This document shows, in pieces, positions 50,092 through 64,000 of a stretch of DNA of 64,000 nt. Below the pieces are notes generated by a model. That model was given only the letters and a program-made list of their open reading frames with translations, did no database searches and had not been told where the DNA came from. This DNA is from the human T2T-CHM13v2.0 reference genome, Homo sapiens: NCBI RefSeq assembly GCF_009914755.1, contig NC_060939.1; one strand, given 5' to 3'. Within the stretch, counting starts at the first letter, position 1; each line of letters starts with the position of its first letter. The position numbers were made by a program, and so were the translations under genes.

Positions 50092-53000
50092 CTCTAGATC
50101 ACATATCAAATTCTAGTGCTCTGCTTAAGAATAGAAACTTGCAAAGATCAAGTTTTAATTGTGAATCTCAGCTGCAAAAAAATGCACATACTCTTCTCTT
50201 TAGGTATCTTAGATCTAAACAGCCTTTTACTCACTTGCCTTGGGCAATAAACACTTTATAATAATTTAATTTATTGTACTCCATCTGTACCTCTTAAAGG
50301 AAAAGCTGGGCCAGTAAAATGTTTTTGTGAAGACTGTTAACAGAGGCTATCTCTCAGGCATGGATAGGAGAATGGTAGATTTCTATCTTTTTTTCCAAAT
50401 AATTCTGTACTGTTGGAGTTTTTAATAAATATAATTATTTTTATACATAAAAGAATTTTTAAAGGAGATCAAGAAAATTTGTTATCTTATTTGACTAAGG
50501 TTTATATGGGTAACTGTAGGGACCTTTTAATTAAAATATTTGAGAAATTTCACCTCAGATAGGGAATTATCTTTTATTTCCTTTACAATATTGAGCAACA
50601 GTAAACACTATTCCATGAATACAATCACACTTGATGGCATGTAACAAAACATCCCAGCAGGTTACGATTTTGAAGCACTGTTACTCTTACAGAATGCCAT
50701 CAGATTATTCATATGTAGCTATTTATCATGCACTATAAAAGTGATCTTTCAAAGCTATTTGAAAGCAAGGGAGGAGAAAACACTCAAACTTCCTTAGCTA
50801 TTCACATCTAGGATCTATCCTCTTAAAGATAAAATCCTAAGTCAATAGACATAAGTTGTAGTATATTACCTCATCCTGTACATGATTTATTGCAGATGGA
50901 AGTCAACTAGAAACTGAATTACTTTGAAACTTTTACTACTGACATTAAAATTCCAGATCTGGATACCTACACACCTTACAGTGCTTCTGAAAATAACTTT
51001 TTGCAGACACAGAAGGTACACCTACAAGTTTATTTAACTCTATCAACATAAAAAGCAGGCACAATCATTTTCAAAACTACTGATTTCTAATTACCTATTC
51101 TGTATCTGAGCACTGTAGCCTGACCTGGCTTTGCAAATCAACCAGTCACTTCACAATCAGTTGCACACATTCTTAGCCAACTCCCATTATGTTCCTAGCC
51201 ATTTTACTGTAAGAGGAAAAGATCCCAACAAATCTAGTAGCTTTTTAGCTTTCATGATCACCTTTGATTGAAGTATTAATTCTCTATCCTACTTCTTAAT
51301 GGAAACCACCTAAGCATTAACTGGCCAAAAATGCACCAAGCTGTTTAGCAATTATGTATTAGATATGTTTGAAGAGATCAAGGTGCACTCACATGCCCTG
51401 TGCTATGGATATGTCTCTGATTAGCTTGTCATCTGCTCAGAAGAAGATGTAGGCTGATTCTCCCATACAGTCTAGCAGGCCAGCTGTTAGCTGCCTGTCA
51501 AGCCCTCAAGTGGACAAGTAGTCCAGGAGCAAAAATGTCACTCCTTTGATCTGGCAAGGAGCAGCTGCTGATTTATAGAGTAGGACTTTGTTCTTCCGTT
51601 CTATTTTACTTTCTTTCCTAAGGCAGAACCACAAAATCCAGGAGAAAAAAAAAGTGCCGTTCCCAGCAACATCAACAAGCTCTGACAACTGCAACAGGGT
51701 TTTTCTTGGCCCTAACAAAGCTCTCAGGCATCTCCTTTGACGCTCACCTTTCCCCCTCCCCTTCCTCCCACCCCCACCATTTTTTGCAATGCAGTAGTTA
51801 TTGTTTAATTCAGCTTCTGTAAATGGAATGGACTGTGGCCAGCAAGCCTGGGGCATAAACACACCTGTATGAAAGAAGCCTTATTGTAGCAACCATCTAC
51901 AAGGAAGCTCGCATGAACCACACGCTCCTGAGTTCAGAAAGAATGCTCCATTTTTTCTGACAGCAAATTTTACCCTAAGTGAGTTTCTATTTTTGGTGCC
52001 ACCAACCTATGATGACCACATTTGAACTGCTTCCTTTCCAATGGCATTACACCCTTTAAATCAAAGAGATAAAAGGATTACATTTTCTTCTTTTTTTTTT
52101 TTTTATCTGTGAGCAAACAGATCCATCAAAAATGTTTATCCACTGCCTGTAATATCAATCATTGAGAGCTGGGTAAACGTCCAGAAAGGCTTTAGCAAAT
52201 GCATTATCAAAGATGCTATAATGTTGATTTCATTACCACTGATTTATATTGACATGACTTTCCCCGAGTAACTTACGAAGGAGAAAAAAACCAACAACAA
52301 AATCTACATAAGACATGTGCATTGTCTTGCTAAGAATTAAACTGGTTTCAAATGCATAATCCTGTTCTCAACAGATAAATCTGTCAGGCTAGAGATGCCC
52401 TATCAACCAAGTGGGACATGCAATAATGCTTTGAGATACACTGTGAGAAGTCATCAGCCACATGTATGTAGGTATATGTATGTGTATTGTGTGTGTGTGT
52501 GTGTGCACATGTACATGCATGGAAACACACACACACAGAGCAATAAACTTTGCCAGAGATGAATTCATTAACACCTGGCTCAGTTTTCTGTGCTGCTGCT
52601 GAAGTAGGGGTGATAAGGACACGCACAGACACATATACACACATACATACAGACAGAGTTACCAATTCTAGGATATTTAGACATATTACTGCATAGATCA
52701 AAGACAGGAATTTTGTCGGGGGGTGGGGAGGGGTGGAAATGCCAGAAACAAAGGAGAAAAGAATGGTTGCTAAACATTCTCACTTCTATTATACTCAATC
52801 ATGCCATGTTCTAGTGTTTGCTCCCTTCCCCTCTATCTAGGGGAACAGAGATTTTTCTCACCCTCATTTCTTGCTTTAACCTACATCACCCTTTGGCCAG
52901 TCAAAAGTTACTAATCACCTACCTCCTCCACGTTCACAGAATTGTATTCATAGATGCTTTCTCTAGGGGCATGTGTGTGTGTTTCCCAATGAGAGACTGG

Positions 53001-56000
53001 GTTTGGCATGGGAAGAGGGCGGAAGGTAAAGCTAGGTATAAAGGAGCAGATATAATGTAAGGCTTATTTTCATCCTGTTTTAATCCTAAAAAAAATTAGA
53101 CCAAATAATTTTTAAGGTCCATAGTAATCTATCTATGTGTCACACATTGGTAAATCTTCCATATTCTATACTTCACATAAGACAAATTTAATGACAGAAT
53201 ATAAGACAAAGTTATATATAAAATTATCAATACATACATATATAGTTATATGAGTTTCTTTCTCCATATATATGAAAATGCAAGTTATGCCTTTAAAGAT
53301 TTTTATTTTCCACACCCACAGAAACAAACTGAAAATCACAATTGGAGAACACACAAATAATTACAAGTCAAAATAGTCCATAGTCAGTAAATAAGTGTCA
53401 TGAAGTCAATTAAAGAAGTTAAAGATAAAGATTAATTTCAAATTCTTGGAGGAAGAAAGCTGAAGCAGATTAAAAGAACGTGGAATGTTGGAAGAAGAGA
53501 AAACAAGGAAATGGCATGCTGTAAAGCACCAGTCCAGACCGGGGCCGATGTTGTGCAAGGGAGGATAAAGGAATTGAACTCTGACTGGCTCCCAGCTTCG
53601 ATCTGGAAAACATGGCTATGATTAACACGCAATCTGGTAGAGGTTCTTGAGTGATAAATTGAATTCTTGAAATTCCTAAATGGTAGAATGATAAAATATG
53701 GTGTTTGAGGAAGATCTTTCCAAGAGCTATGTATAGGATGAACTGAACTGATGAGAATCTAGAAGCTGAGAAGATGGAAAGTTCTTGTCCAATCCAGGCA
53801 GAAGAGGGAAACAAAACGAGCTCTGATTAAGGTGGTAGAAATGAAAAAGAAGTAGGGTATTTGGTTGGGAGAACTGCTGATAAATTAAACTTAGATGAAA
53901 AAGGAGAGATACAAATACAAAAGATATTAAGAGGATAAGTCTGAGAATTTATGTTTAGTATGTTACGGTGTATAGTTGATGAAAATTGGAAATAGATGAG
54001 AAATTCCTATTTGTTGTGGTGGGAAGAGGCAAACTCAATTTTTCAAATGTTACCTTTGGTTTGACAATAGGACTTTCAGGCTGACAAAGTATGTCAGCCA
54101 CTCAAGAAAAAAAAAAAAAAAAAAACAAGGACAAAAGAAGAGCAAAAGGTAGGGACTTAACTTCAAAACGTCTAATTTCTTCCTATTTTCCAAGCTACAT
54201 GAATATTCCAGAGCTGCAGGAGTAGGTAACAGGATAAACTGCCTGCTGGCTACCTCCAAAAAAATTACTTCCTTCCTCTTCCAAATTATCCTGTAAATTT
54301 TGGGAAGTTCTTTATCTGACCATGACTGGCCAAGTCGATTGTTAGTAAAAACCTCTGTGGTCAAGGCCTTGTTTCTAATAGGACCAATTCGCTTTTTCTT
54401 TACATTTTGAGTTAATTTGTGCAACTAGATTTAGAGGCCAATGATAATTACATACATGTTACACTGGGTGTTGCTACACAAATTACGTTCCACTCCTTAC
54501 TTAACGAAAGTAAGTTTAGTAATGGAACTTATCAGAGAGTTTTTAAAACTGGAATAGGAAAATCTATATAAAAGACTATGTATTTTTAAGCAATAGCATA
54601 AAACAATCAAGGGTGGGTTTTCTCCAGGTAGTGACAACTAATTTAGAAGAGAATTGATAGGACAAAGTGTTACATTTAAAAGGGCCTCCATTAAGTGTGA
54701 TGGCTTCCAAATTGTGTCCTCCTTTCAAACCATATTTTTCTTTTTAAATGGGCTTTTAAGGTGAAAAATATAGCACTTCACCCAAAATGGTGTGGAAACA
54801 AATGGTTCTCAAGTCTCTATTCTTCAACTCAGGCCAAACCACCCCAACACACCGGCAATCTAAAGCCACTTGGAGGGAAGGTGCTGTGCATGTGAATGTC
54901 CCCGTGGGCCTTTCATTTGTCTGGGGATCTCTTTTTTCTAAAGCAGCAGGGGATACTTCAGAAGACCAGATTGGCATGCCAGAAGTGTTTGGATGGACCA
55001 GGCTCTTATCCTCCTCTCAATTCTCCTGCTGCTTTAAAAGAAAGGATGTGGCAGAGGACACATTTGGAAGGTGGCAACATTCTTAGGGCCCTTTATCAAT
55101 ACCACCGCTTTCTTTAAATTGTAGCTTGGTCTCTTGTTTGAGAGGCTGAGATTTTAGCACTTTTAAAGGGAACCATAAGTGAGAAATCTCCTAGGTGTTA
55201 AACTTTAGAGTGGCTTCAACCCAAAATATGAAAAAATGAGATTAAAACACAGAAAGTCAAGTAATATTAAGAAAAAGATCCAACAAACAAAATATCATAA
55301 ATATGCATATGTATATTCTTTCTGTTTAAACCAAATGCTATTTAACCAGTTTATACTGGCATCTAGTAAAGGTGCCAATGGGGAAAAAAAAAATCAAAGA
55401 TCTAAACAATTTTAAAACTCACTTTAAATAAATTATAGTTCTAACAGCTACGCATCTAACAATAGCTTTAAAAATTATTATGAAAACATATTATATTATG
55501 TCAGAAAGCAAAAAAAAAATCTATTCATGAATACATGACTTAATATCCTCACATTTATGATGTTCACATATCAAAGACCAAATTCCAAATAAAATTTCCT
55601 GACTGCCTTTTCTTAATGACAAATTAAACATCTTTTACTTTGATTTGACAGCCGGGTGGCATTCTGTATCTTCTCCAGAGATGTTATACGCAGTCTTTCC
55701 AATGTGACGGTATTATTACCCCCAAAATTTTCGGCATCATCCCGTAATCATAAAAGACATAAAATATATCTTTATAAACCACAAGAGACCTAGCAAACCA
55801 GCAGTTATGCCACATCTGCTTTAGTCCTTAAATATTTTAGCTTTAGAGGGTTAGTTAGTGGATTTTCCCCCCGATTTGTGAGAAATAGAGACATCAACCT
55901 TTGATTCTGACATTACCCACAAAGCCGTCATCTACAACAGACAAAAAAGCAAACACACTGTACGGCAATTTGAAAGAATTTTTACAGCATATTCAGATTT

Positions 56001-56128
56001 CACATCTCCTATCAGAATTTCCTAAGGTGGTTTAACTTAATTTTTAGAAATAGAAATGATGGCATTTCTATTTTCTATTTCCACTTTCACAATGCAGATA
56101 AAGTAGCAACACTATCAAAAAATAACTT

Positions 56129-56534
<406 letters not shown>

Positions 56535-56619
56535 CTAACTAACCAGGACAACACTATTCCTTTGGCCTGGGCTGGGCTTTCTGCTATGGCCATCTGGCTA
56601 ACACACCCTTCAAAGTGCT

Positions 56620-56870
56620 TATCACAGAAATCTCTTTGAGGCAACTTCCCTGGTTCCAAAGTCTGATTAAGAAGCACTTCCTCAGTGGCACCGAGCTAAT
56701 ATGCCCAACACAGTACTTATTCACAATTGTGATTTACTCGTCTGACTTTCCTACTAGATAGCCTTAGAGAGCAGGGGCCACATCTTAAGTTTTATTATTG
56801 ACACTGCGTCAGGAATATAGTACACCCTCAATAAAATGTTTGTGAGTGAATAACTAAATGAGTGAATGAA
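56620..56870 (+). mobile_element. L2 3' end
   Basis: ctactagatagccttagagagcagggg...ctcaataaaatgtttgtgagtgaat. Confidence 0.7.
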
Positions 56871-57407
56871 AATAGGGTTCCTTCATCTCGGATATAACTT
56901 AGAATTGAGAATAAAAGAGCCCTGAGTTTAAGGATTTTCTTGTTCTCATTTTATAAGAGGCACAGCTGAATCCTTGATGAAATGATTTGCCCTGGAGCGG
57001 GACAGAACTAAGGTGGGAAATAACTCAGGCTTTCTGGCACTGGTCTAATTATTTTTGTACTCACAAACAACTCAAGATACAGACTAGAGGTATTAGTTAA
57101 AGGTGCGAATCTATCTGGGCATTAGAGAGGCCAGGTAAATCGTGGGTGCAGATGTGACTTGGAAGAAATTGGGCCTCTGGCTTTTCTAGGCTGGCAGGCA
57201 ATATGCACAGTCCGGGACATAACTGTACTGGGGATGATGGGGCAGTTGACTCAAGTGGAGAGGAATGAGAACTGAGATCAATGAGGTGTTATGAGTGTGT
57301 GTGTGGGGGTGGGGGTGGGGGGTGTTAGGAGAGAGGGATAGAGAATAGAAAGCGAAGGAGGAAGATTTGTGAGACTCAGAAAGGAAAGGAGACAAAGGAG
57401 AAATAGA

Positions 57408-57676
57408 GGCACTTTGAGAGGCCAAGGCAGGAGGATTGCTTGAGCCGCGCAGTTTGAGGCCAGCCTGGGCAACATGATGAAGCCCCATCTCTACGAAAAC
57501 CTTAAGAAATTAGTCAGGCATGGTGGCTTGTATCTGTGTGGTCCCAGCTACTCAGGAGGCTGATGTGGGAGGATCGCCTGAGACCAGGAGGTGGAGGCTG
57601 CAGTGAGCCGAGATGGTGCCACTCCACTCCAGTCTGGGCAACAGAGCCAGAACTTGTCTCAACCCCCAAAACAAAA
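57408..57676 (+). mobile_element. 5'-truncated AluJ
   Basis: gcactttgagaggccaaggcaggaggattgcttgagc... (AluJ-type). Confidence 0.88.
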
Positions 57677-58219
57677 AGCTTTTTAAAAATATTTTTTTCT
57701 GATATCTTTGTAAGCACATTTTGCTCCCAAATGTGCTCTGAGGAACTCTAGTCAATAGGTATTTCCCCAGAATAGGGGCCTAGGTCAAAAAAATATGGAG
57801 AAAACAAATGTGAAGGTAATCAAAGTGAAGTCACTTTCTCTGCTGCAGATTGTGTCACAGCCTTTAATAGAGTGATATATATTACAGATCTCCAAGAGAA
57901 GGTGATGGTACAAATTAATTCCTGACTCTAGTTGTTCAGATTTTGAGGGGCACTCGGGTTCCAAGGATGTGAAAAGAAAATGAAGCGGCATCCTAATTTT
58001 TAACATAAATTATATTTTTAAGCCTTTTATCAACTTAAAAATAGGCTTTCTTTCCATCTTTAGATTTCCCCAAGTCAGATTCAGAGATGAAGAACCACTT
58101 GTAGGGCTCTTGTTTATATCTAACCTGTTCATAAGTACCCCATGACTACCCCAAATATGACACCTTGACCCCTAAAATGTGCTGTGGCTGAAAAGGTTCT
58201 TTAGAACTTTTCTATCTCT

Positions 58220-58531
<312 letters not shown>

Positions 58532-58725
58532 TCAAAGGTAATTTGATTATTAGGGAATTATATTAGGCTTAAATGTTTTCTCTACCTTTTCCTTTCCTTA
58601 CTTTTCTCATATTTTTCCTACTCAATGAAATATTTTTAAAAAAAAGATCATTGGGTATTTTACTATGCCTAAAATGTCTGCTTCAAAATAGCTGTTTGAA
58701 ACCGAAGAATAATCTTAAGAATAAC

Positions 58726-58795
58726 GTGTGTGTGTGTGTGTGTGTATGTATATATACATATATATGCATACATATCACATATATACATATATATT
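58726..58795. repeat. (TG)n/(TA)n/(CA) compound microsatellite
   Basis: Directly visible. Confidence 0.9.
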
Positions 58796-61700
58796 TTCAA
58801 TACCTTCTGGATGTTTCATTAATCAGAACTGTGACTGAGCTGTGTGTGGCCATCTAACTTTAGCATGTCTGTTACATGTGTTGGAGACACATGCATGTAG
58901 AAGGTAGGAGGAGGTAGGGACAATGTTAAGAGGAAGGAGAAATGAGAAGAGGAAAGAGACAGGAAAAGAGGAAGTGCTGCTTTGGATAATGTATAGCAAT
59001 GTACATCAAACACTCCCAATCAATTCTACTTTCTTGTTTACAGAGCTTACAAGTACAAAATCAGCTTTTACTTATAACTGTGTTAAACACCACCTGCCTG
59101 CCCTCTGAACCTCGCTGTCCCGAGATGAGGTCAGCCCGGCGAAGGGCTCTGGTTCTATAAGCAATCCTGTCATTCAGGCTAACAGCAGTGATTCACTCAC
59201 AGGAGGCAAAAATGACTCAATTGTTGGGCTTATTGACTCCAGGGAGCACAGCTACTCTATTATTACCATGGAGTGCAAACACCCTGAGCTCTGTTTTGGT
59301 CCACTTAAAATTACTATTTGCTGTGAAGAATTGGCAAAGCAATTCTTAAAATGATGGGGGTGAAAGTCAGGCAAGCGCCATTATGGGCTTTTCCTTCTGT
59401 TTAAGCAGAAGTAAGCAGTACAGGACTCGTTCTGAGCCTGACCCACTTATTTAACCTTTTATTCACTTTGTTGTATTAACATATATTAACTGGCTATATA
59501 AGCCCTAGGGGGGATAAAAAAACCTCATGACCAAATTATGGTTCCATTTTCATGGGTAACCTCTCCTTGGGTGGAAATTAAACCCCAATATAAATACATT
59601 TTAGGTGCACACAAAAGTGAGGAGGAATGCCAAAAAACAAATGCTGGACAACAGTCCTGCAAAGACCACAGCAACCATGGAGTGGCTGGGTAAATTACAC
59701 ACAAGAGGAACTATTTGAAAAACCAAATACATTTAATTAAATAAGTTACAAAATTATTTTCCTATCTCTTATCTACTCCCCTTGGTTAATATCCATGACA
59801 TACTGATGTTGCATAATTGCTCTTATGGAATGCTGCAGCTTAGAGCCGTAATGAGCTGCCTTTGCACAAAGGCAGCAAAAGTGGTTTCCCTACAGAGTTA
59901 TCTTCTCAATTATTTATACTTGCAACACTTTCACATAATGGCAGTTTTAAAATCAAACAAACAAAGCAAACTGTACAATAAAGGAAGGAGGCAAGAAGGT
60001 GCAGGGACCTTTTCCTTTCTTTTTTGAACACCAGAAGGGATGGGCAAGCCACATAAAGTCAATGAATTTGGTTCCTGGAAAAGTCTCAGGGGCCTTGCAA
60101 TGAGGCGACATCAAAGCATTTGGAGATTGCCACCTTGGTGAGAGATTAAACATGCTCTGCATACCTGCTTTGCTTTTAATCTGTCATATCTAAATATATG
60201 AAGGAATGCAAACTTTATTTCTTCTGTTTGTAAGTTTGTCTTTGAAAATTCCTAATCAGAAGACTTGCTACTCACCCCCCACTCCTGAAAAAAAAAAAAA
60301 AAAAGAAAAAAAAGGTGCTAAACTGTCAAAGTGATGTCAGTGTAAACAGAAAATGGTGCTGTGTGTTGTACCCGTCCCTCAGGCTGTGGAAGGGCTTGAA
60401 GGTTTTTAATAGTGCTTGTTTCCACTGTCCGCACCTGCCTTTGGTTAATCACTCAAAAACTTATATACAGCAGAAGAAAAACTCCTTGGCAGTTATACCA
60501 TATATGGACATACAAAATAACACAAAGGGTATATTTAAATTCTAAGGCAGAACTATACTGTTGTTTCTAATATTTAAATTTGGTATACATTTGGAATGAG
60601 CTGCTTACTGCTACCATCCAACTCAGACTTACTCGGTTCTTAGCGCCTAGCTCAGTCTCCTGTTTAGAGTGGATGCTCAATAAATGTTAGCTATGTGATG
60701 TTTTCAAGTTAATCCATAGATGTGGTTGCAGATTATATTTTTATATTTTAAAAAATTAAAAGTGAAATTTGGACACACATTTTGGACCTGCATAACATTG
60801 ATACTTAGTTTGATTCTCCATTAAACAAGCATAGATTTTGGCCTTTAGGAAACAGTTAACAGCCTCTACTTAAACAGGTATTCCACTTCAATTAATAGCC
60901 ACTCATATATCTGTGACTTAAGACATTCATTAGCAATACCAATGAAACAAAGCTTTTACATCACCTACTGGCCGTTTCCAAATAACAGAATGTTAAAGCA
61001 ACTATTTCCTTAAAGTCCTATGGGAAAGATTATAGAACAGAGTAAAAAAAATAATTTTAAAAACCTCAAAACTTATTTCTTACAATATGCCTACATGCAC
61101 ATACATTGAATTTACACACATATGCACCTATTTTTCACAAATGTGTCTTGTGACCTTAAATCCCACTTGACTTCACACACTCAGGGGGAGAAAAAAAAAA
61201 GCTTAAGGAGATTTTTTTCCTCCTAAGCACACAGGTCAGAAGGAAAAAAATACACCCTGGGGAAAAGAACTCAGACCATGATACACAACCCAGCTGAGGT
61301 CATGGAAGAGAAGCTCTTGGAACTGAGCTGGGATCCGCCATCTTGTTTTGCTTTGCCCCAAGAATCAAACTAAACTGATATCATATTGTGTCCACTTGCT
61401 GCCACTTAAAGTTGTTCTTCCTATGAAGAGCTAGGAATGAGCCATAGTTTCTTGGCCACTTCCTTTCTTCCTGCCATCCTCACCTCCAAGGTCAAAGCGA
61501 TTGGTGGTATGGTGGGATCTGAGGGGTTGGCAACCTTGCAGCTGTGGCCCCAATTCTACTTATCAATATAAATTTACACCCCACTGTTGGTCTCTGAGCA
61601 GCACTAGCCACCAACAGTACTGAAAATGATCTTTCTGAGGATGTACATGTGTGGTTATGAACTGGACAAAGGAAGATGGAGAAGCGTAAGAATCCAAGGA

Positions 61701-63601
61701 GAACACAGATGATAATAAGAAAACTCTTGTGCCAGAGTATTCAAGACACATCTCTGCTATAGGCAAATATAAATCGGACTGAACTTTGGCATACTGCAAA
61801 TATGTCCCATGACATGCATAATATACTTTTCAAAAATGTTAATGCAACAACTGGTATGTGATTAATTGCTACGTGAAAGATTAAATACTGAGGTCTAGAA
61901 GAGAGTTGGGTAGTTTTTGCATTTTCAAATATGGACAGGTTCTGAAGGGAGGTCTCAGTTTCTGAGTTTCCCATTTGAAAAGTGCTCCCTCTGGCAGTAA
62001 AAACTGATGTGAAGGTTAGTAGAGGATGGGGGAAAGTGACTTGATTCTGAGAGGCCTGGAGAATAAAACCAAAAGCTGAAGTGGAGCCGAGAGGGTGTGG
62101 CTTTCATCCCTGGGAGGGCTCTGGCTGATGGGAATAGAAATTGCTATCAGTGGCTTGAGGGTAGTAAGATTATATGGCCCTCAATTCCCAAACGTGACAG
62201 AGTCATAAGAAACCTTAACCTCTATTTTTTTTTTCCAACTTTCCTCAACCACAGCAACACACTCTTTCGCAGAAGGCTAGCCAATTAACCAAGCATTAAA
62301 AAACCCCACAAATCTATACCAATAGCTTTGCAGGACAAAAAGAAAGACGTGTGAAGTCAACACATGTTGTTATAAACAACGTGAGCCAGGATGTTCAGGA
62401 GCCAAATAAATTGAAATAGGCTATGACTGAAATAAACAAACAAACAAATAATCAGAAGAAATGAAATCTCTCTCTCCTTTCCTCAAGTATCCTGTGTATG
62501 TTCTTTTGCATTTTAATTCTCAGCAACAGGCCTTCAGCTTCTCCGTGACTGGTGCAAATCTGATAAGGGGTTGGCACAAATATACTGAGCCTAGTTTACA
62601 ATTTGTTTTGCAACTTCCCTTCCCAGATAAACATAGTCCAAGTACAACTTCTGGGAAAAAAAAAAAAAAAGTTGTGTTTACTTGTCCTGTTATTAAGATT
62701 TTTATTTTTTTCTCCTGAATGTTCCCTCAGGATGCTGGCTTGAAACCTAGAAAAAGCTTGGATTTCAGTTTCAGTCTCCAAGGTATTCTACTGTTCAGCT
62801 GGGCCGTGTGCTAGGAGGGAAGCTCTCTACCTTGCTGATTTAATTAACAGGATTCTTTTCATTATTATGGGGATTTAGTTTCTTCTTGCCTTTCAGTGTT
62901 TGGGAAACACTGATTTATGTTTTATATTTTGAAGGAAAATTTATTGTTCTTTGACAGCTGAGGCTCTGTAAATCCCTGGCACCAAAAGGACCCCAGGGAG
63001 GTGTCACAGTTGCCTTGCCCTGCCCACCTATATGCTGTCATCTCAAGGGCCCCCTCCAGAAGTAAGGAGAATCGTCAGCTGCTCAGTGCCCAACCCACTC
63101 CTCCTCCCACTGATCATTATGCCAGCAGGGGTTGGCCCATTCCCATTTATGAATGGTGGTATCACGGATTCATTTAAGTGAAGCAAACAGTCCATGAATC
63201 TGACCTGGATTTAGTCTCTTGACTAAATAGGGCTCATTGAGTCAAGTGGAAGTATGTGCTGTACTTACTATGATAACCATGGCTGAACCAAAATTCAGGG
63301 CAAATGTTGTAAAGATGAGGGTGCTTAGGAGGACAGCAAAACAAAATATTTAAAGTTAGCACTATAGAAAATCTGGCATAGATGGTTGTCAAGCTCTATT
63401 GGGTTATCAGTCTTCTAAACTACACAGTCCATCAAATTCTGACTTGGAGAAAAAGTGAAACATGTAGTGAAAACTCTGGTAGCTAATGTATATTTTAGGT
63501 GAAAAATTTCAGGTGTCAGTTAATGCTCATAATTTTATTACATTAAAGAAGTTTCCTTTTCTTCTTCTTCTTTTTTTTTTGTGGTAAGAGACAGGGTCTC
63601 A

Positions 63602-63903
<302 letters not shown>

Positions 63904-64000
63904 AAGAGACAGGGTCTCACTTTTTTGCCCAGGCTGAAGTGCAGTGGTGTGATCATAGCTCACTGTATCCTCAAACTTCTGGGCTCAAGCAATCCTCCTG

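Overview
Primate (almost certainly human) genomic DNA containing the 3' end of MEIS2, a TALE-class homeobox gene, on the minus strand. Four coding segments can be reconstructed from splice signals and translation. (1) The homeodomain helix-3 exon (44080-44138) ends in a GC donor. (2) The next exon has two acceptors 21 nt apart (42603-42713 or 42603-42692). (3) A stop-containing cassette exon lies at 42168-42263. (4) The terminal exon (from 39910) is either coding or 3'UTR and has proximal (~38.5 kb) and distal (~36.7 kb) AATAAA signals. 44139-64000 is one large intron carrying two perfect DR5 retinoic-acid response elements exactly 1.5 kb apart. Downstream of the gene (25-36.4 kb) is a chain of CpG islands with a strong CTCF motif and PBX-HOX/MEIS composite sites, inside a ~40 kb Alu-free zone. 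The first ~20 kb is ordinary repeat-rich intergenic DNA (L1, L2, MIR, Alu, MER44A, LTR33-like) and includes a U3 snoRNA retrocopy. I see no new protein-coding system. The most interesting signals are cis-regulatory and RNA-level: RAREs, possible autoregulatory TALE sites, and a splice switch that moves the stop codon relative to tandem miR-204/211 sites. Exon numbers, repeat subfamily names and literature links are from memory and were not database-checked. Repeat and CpG-island boundaries are approximate.
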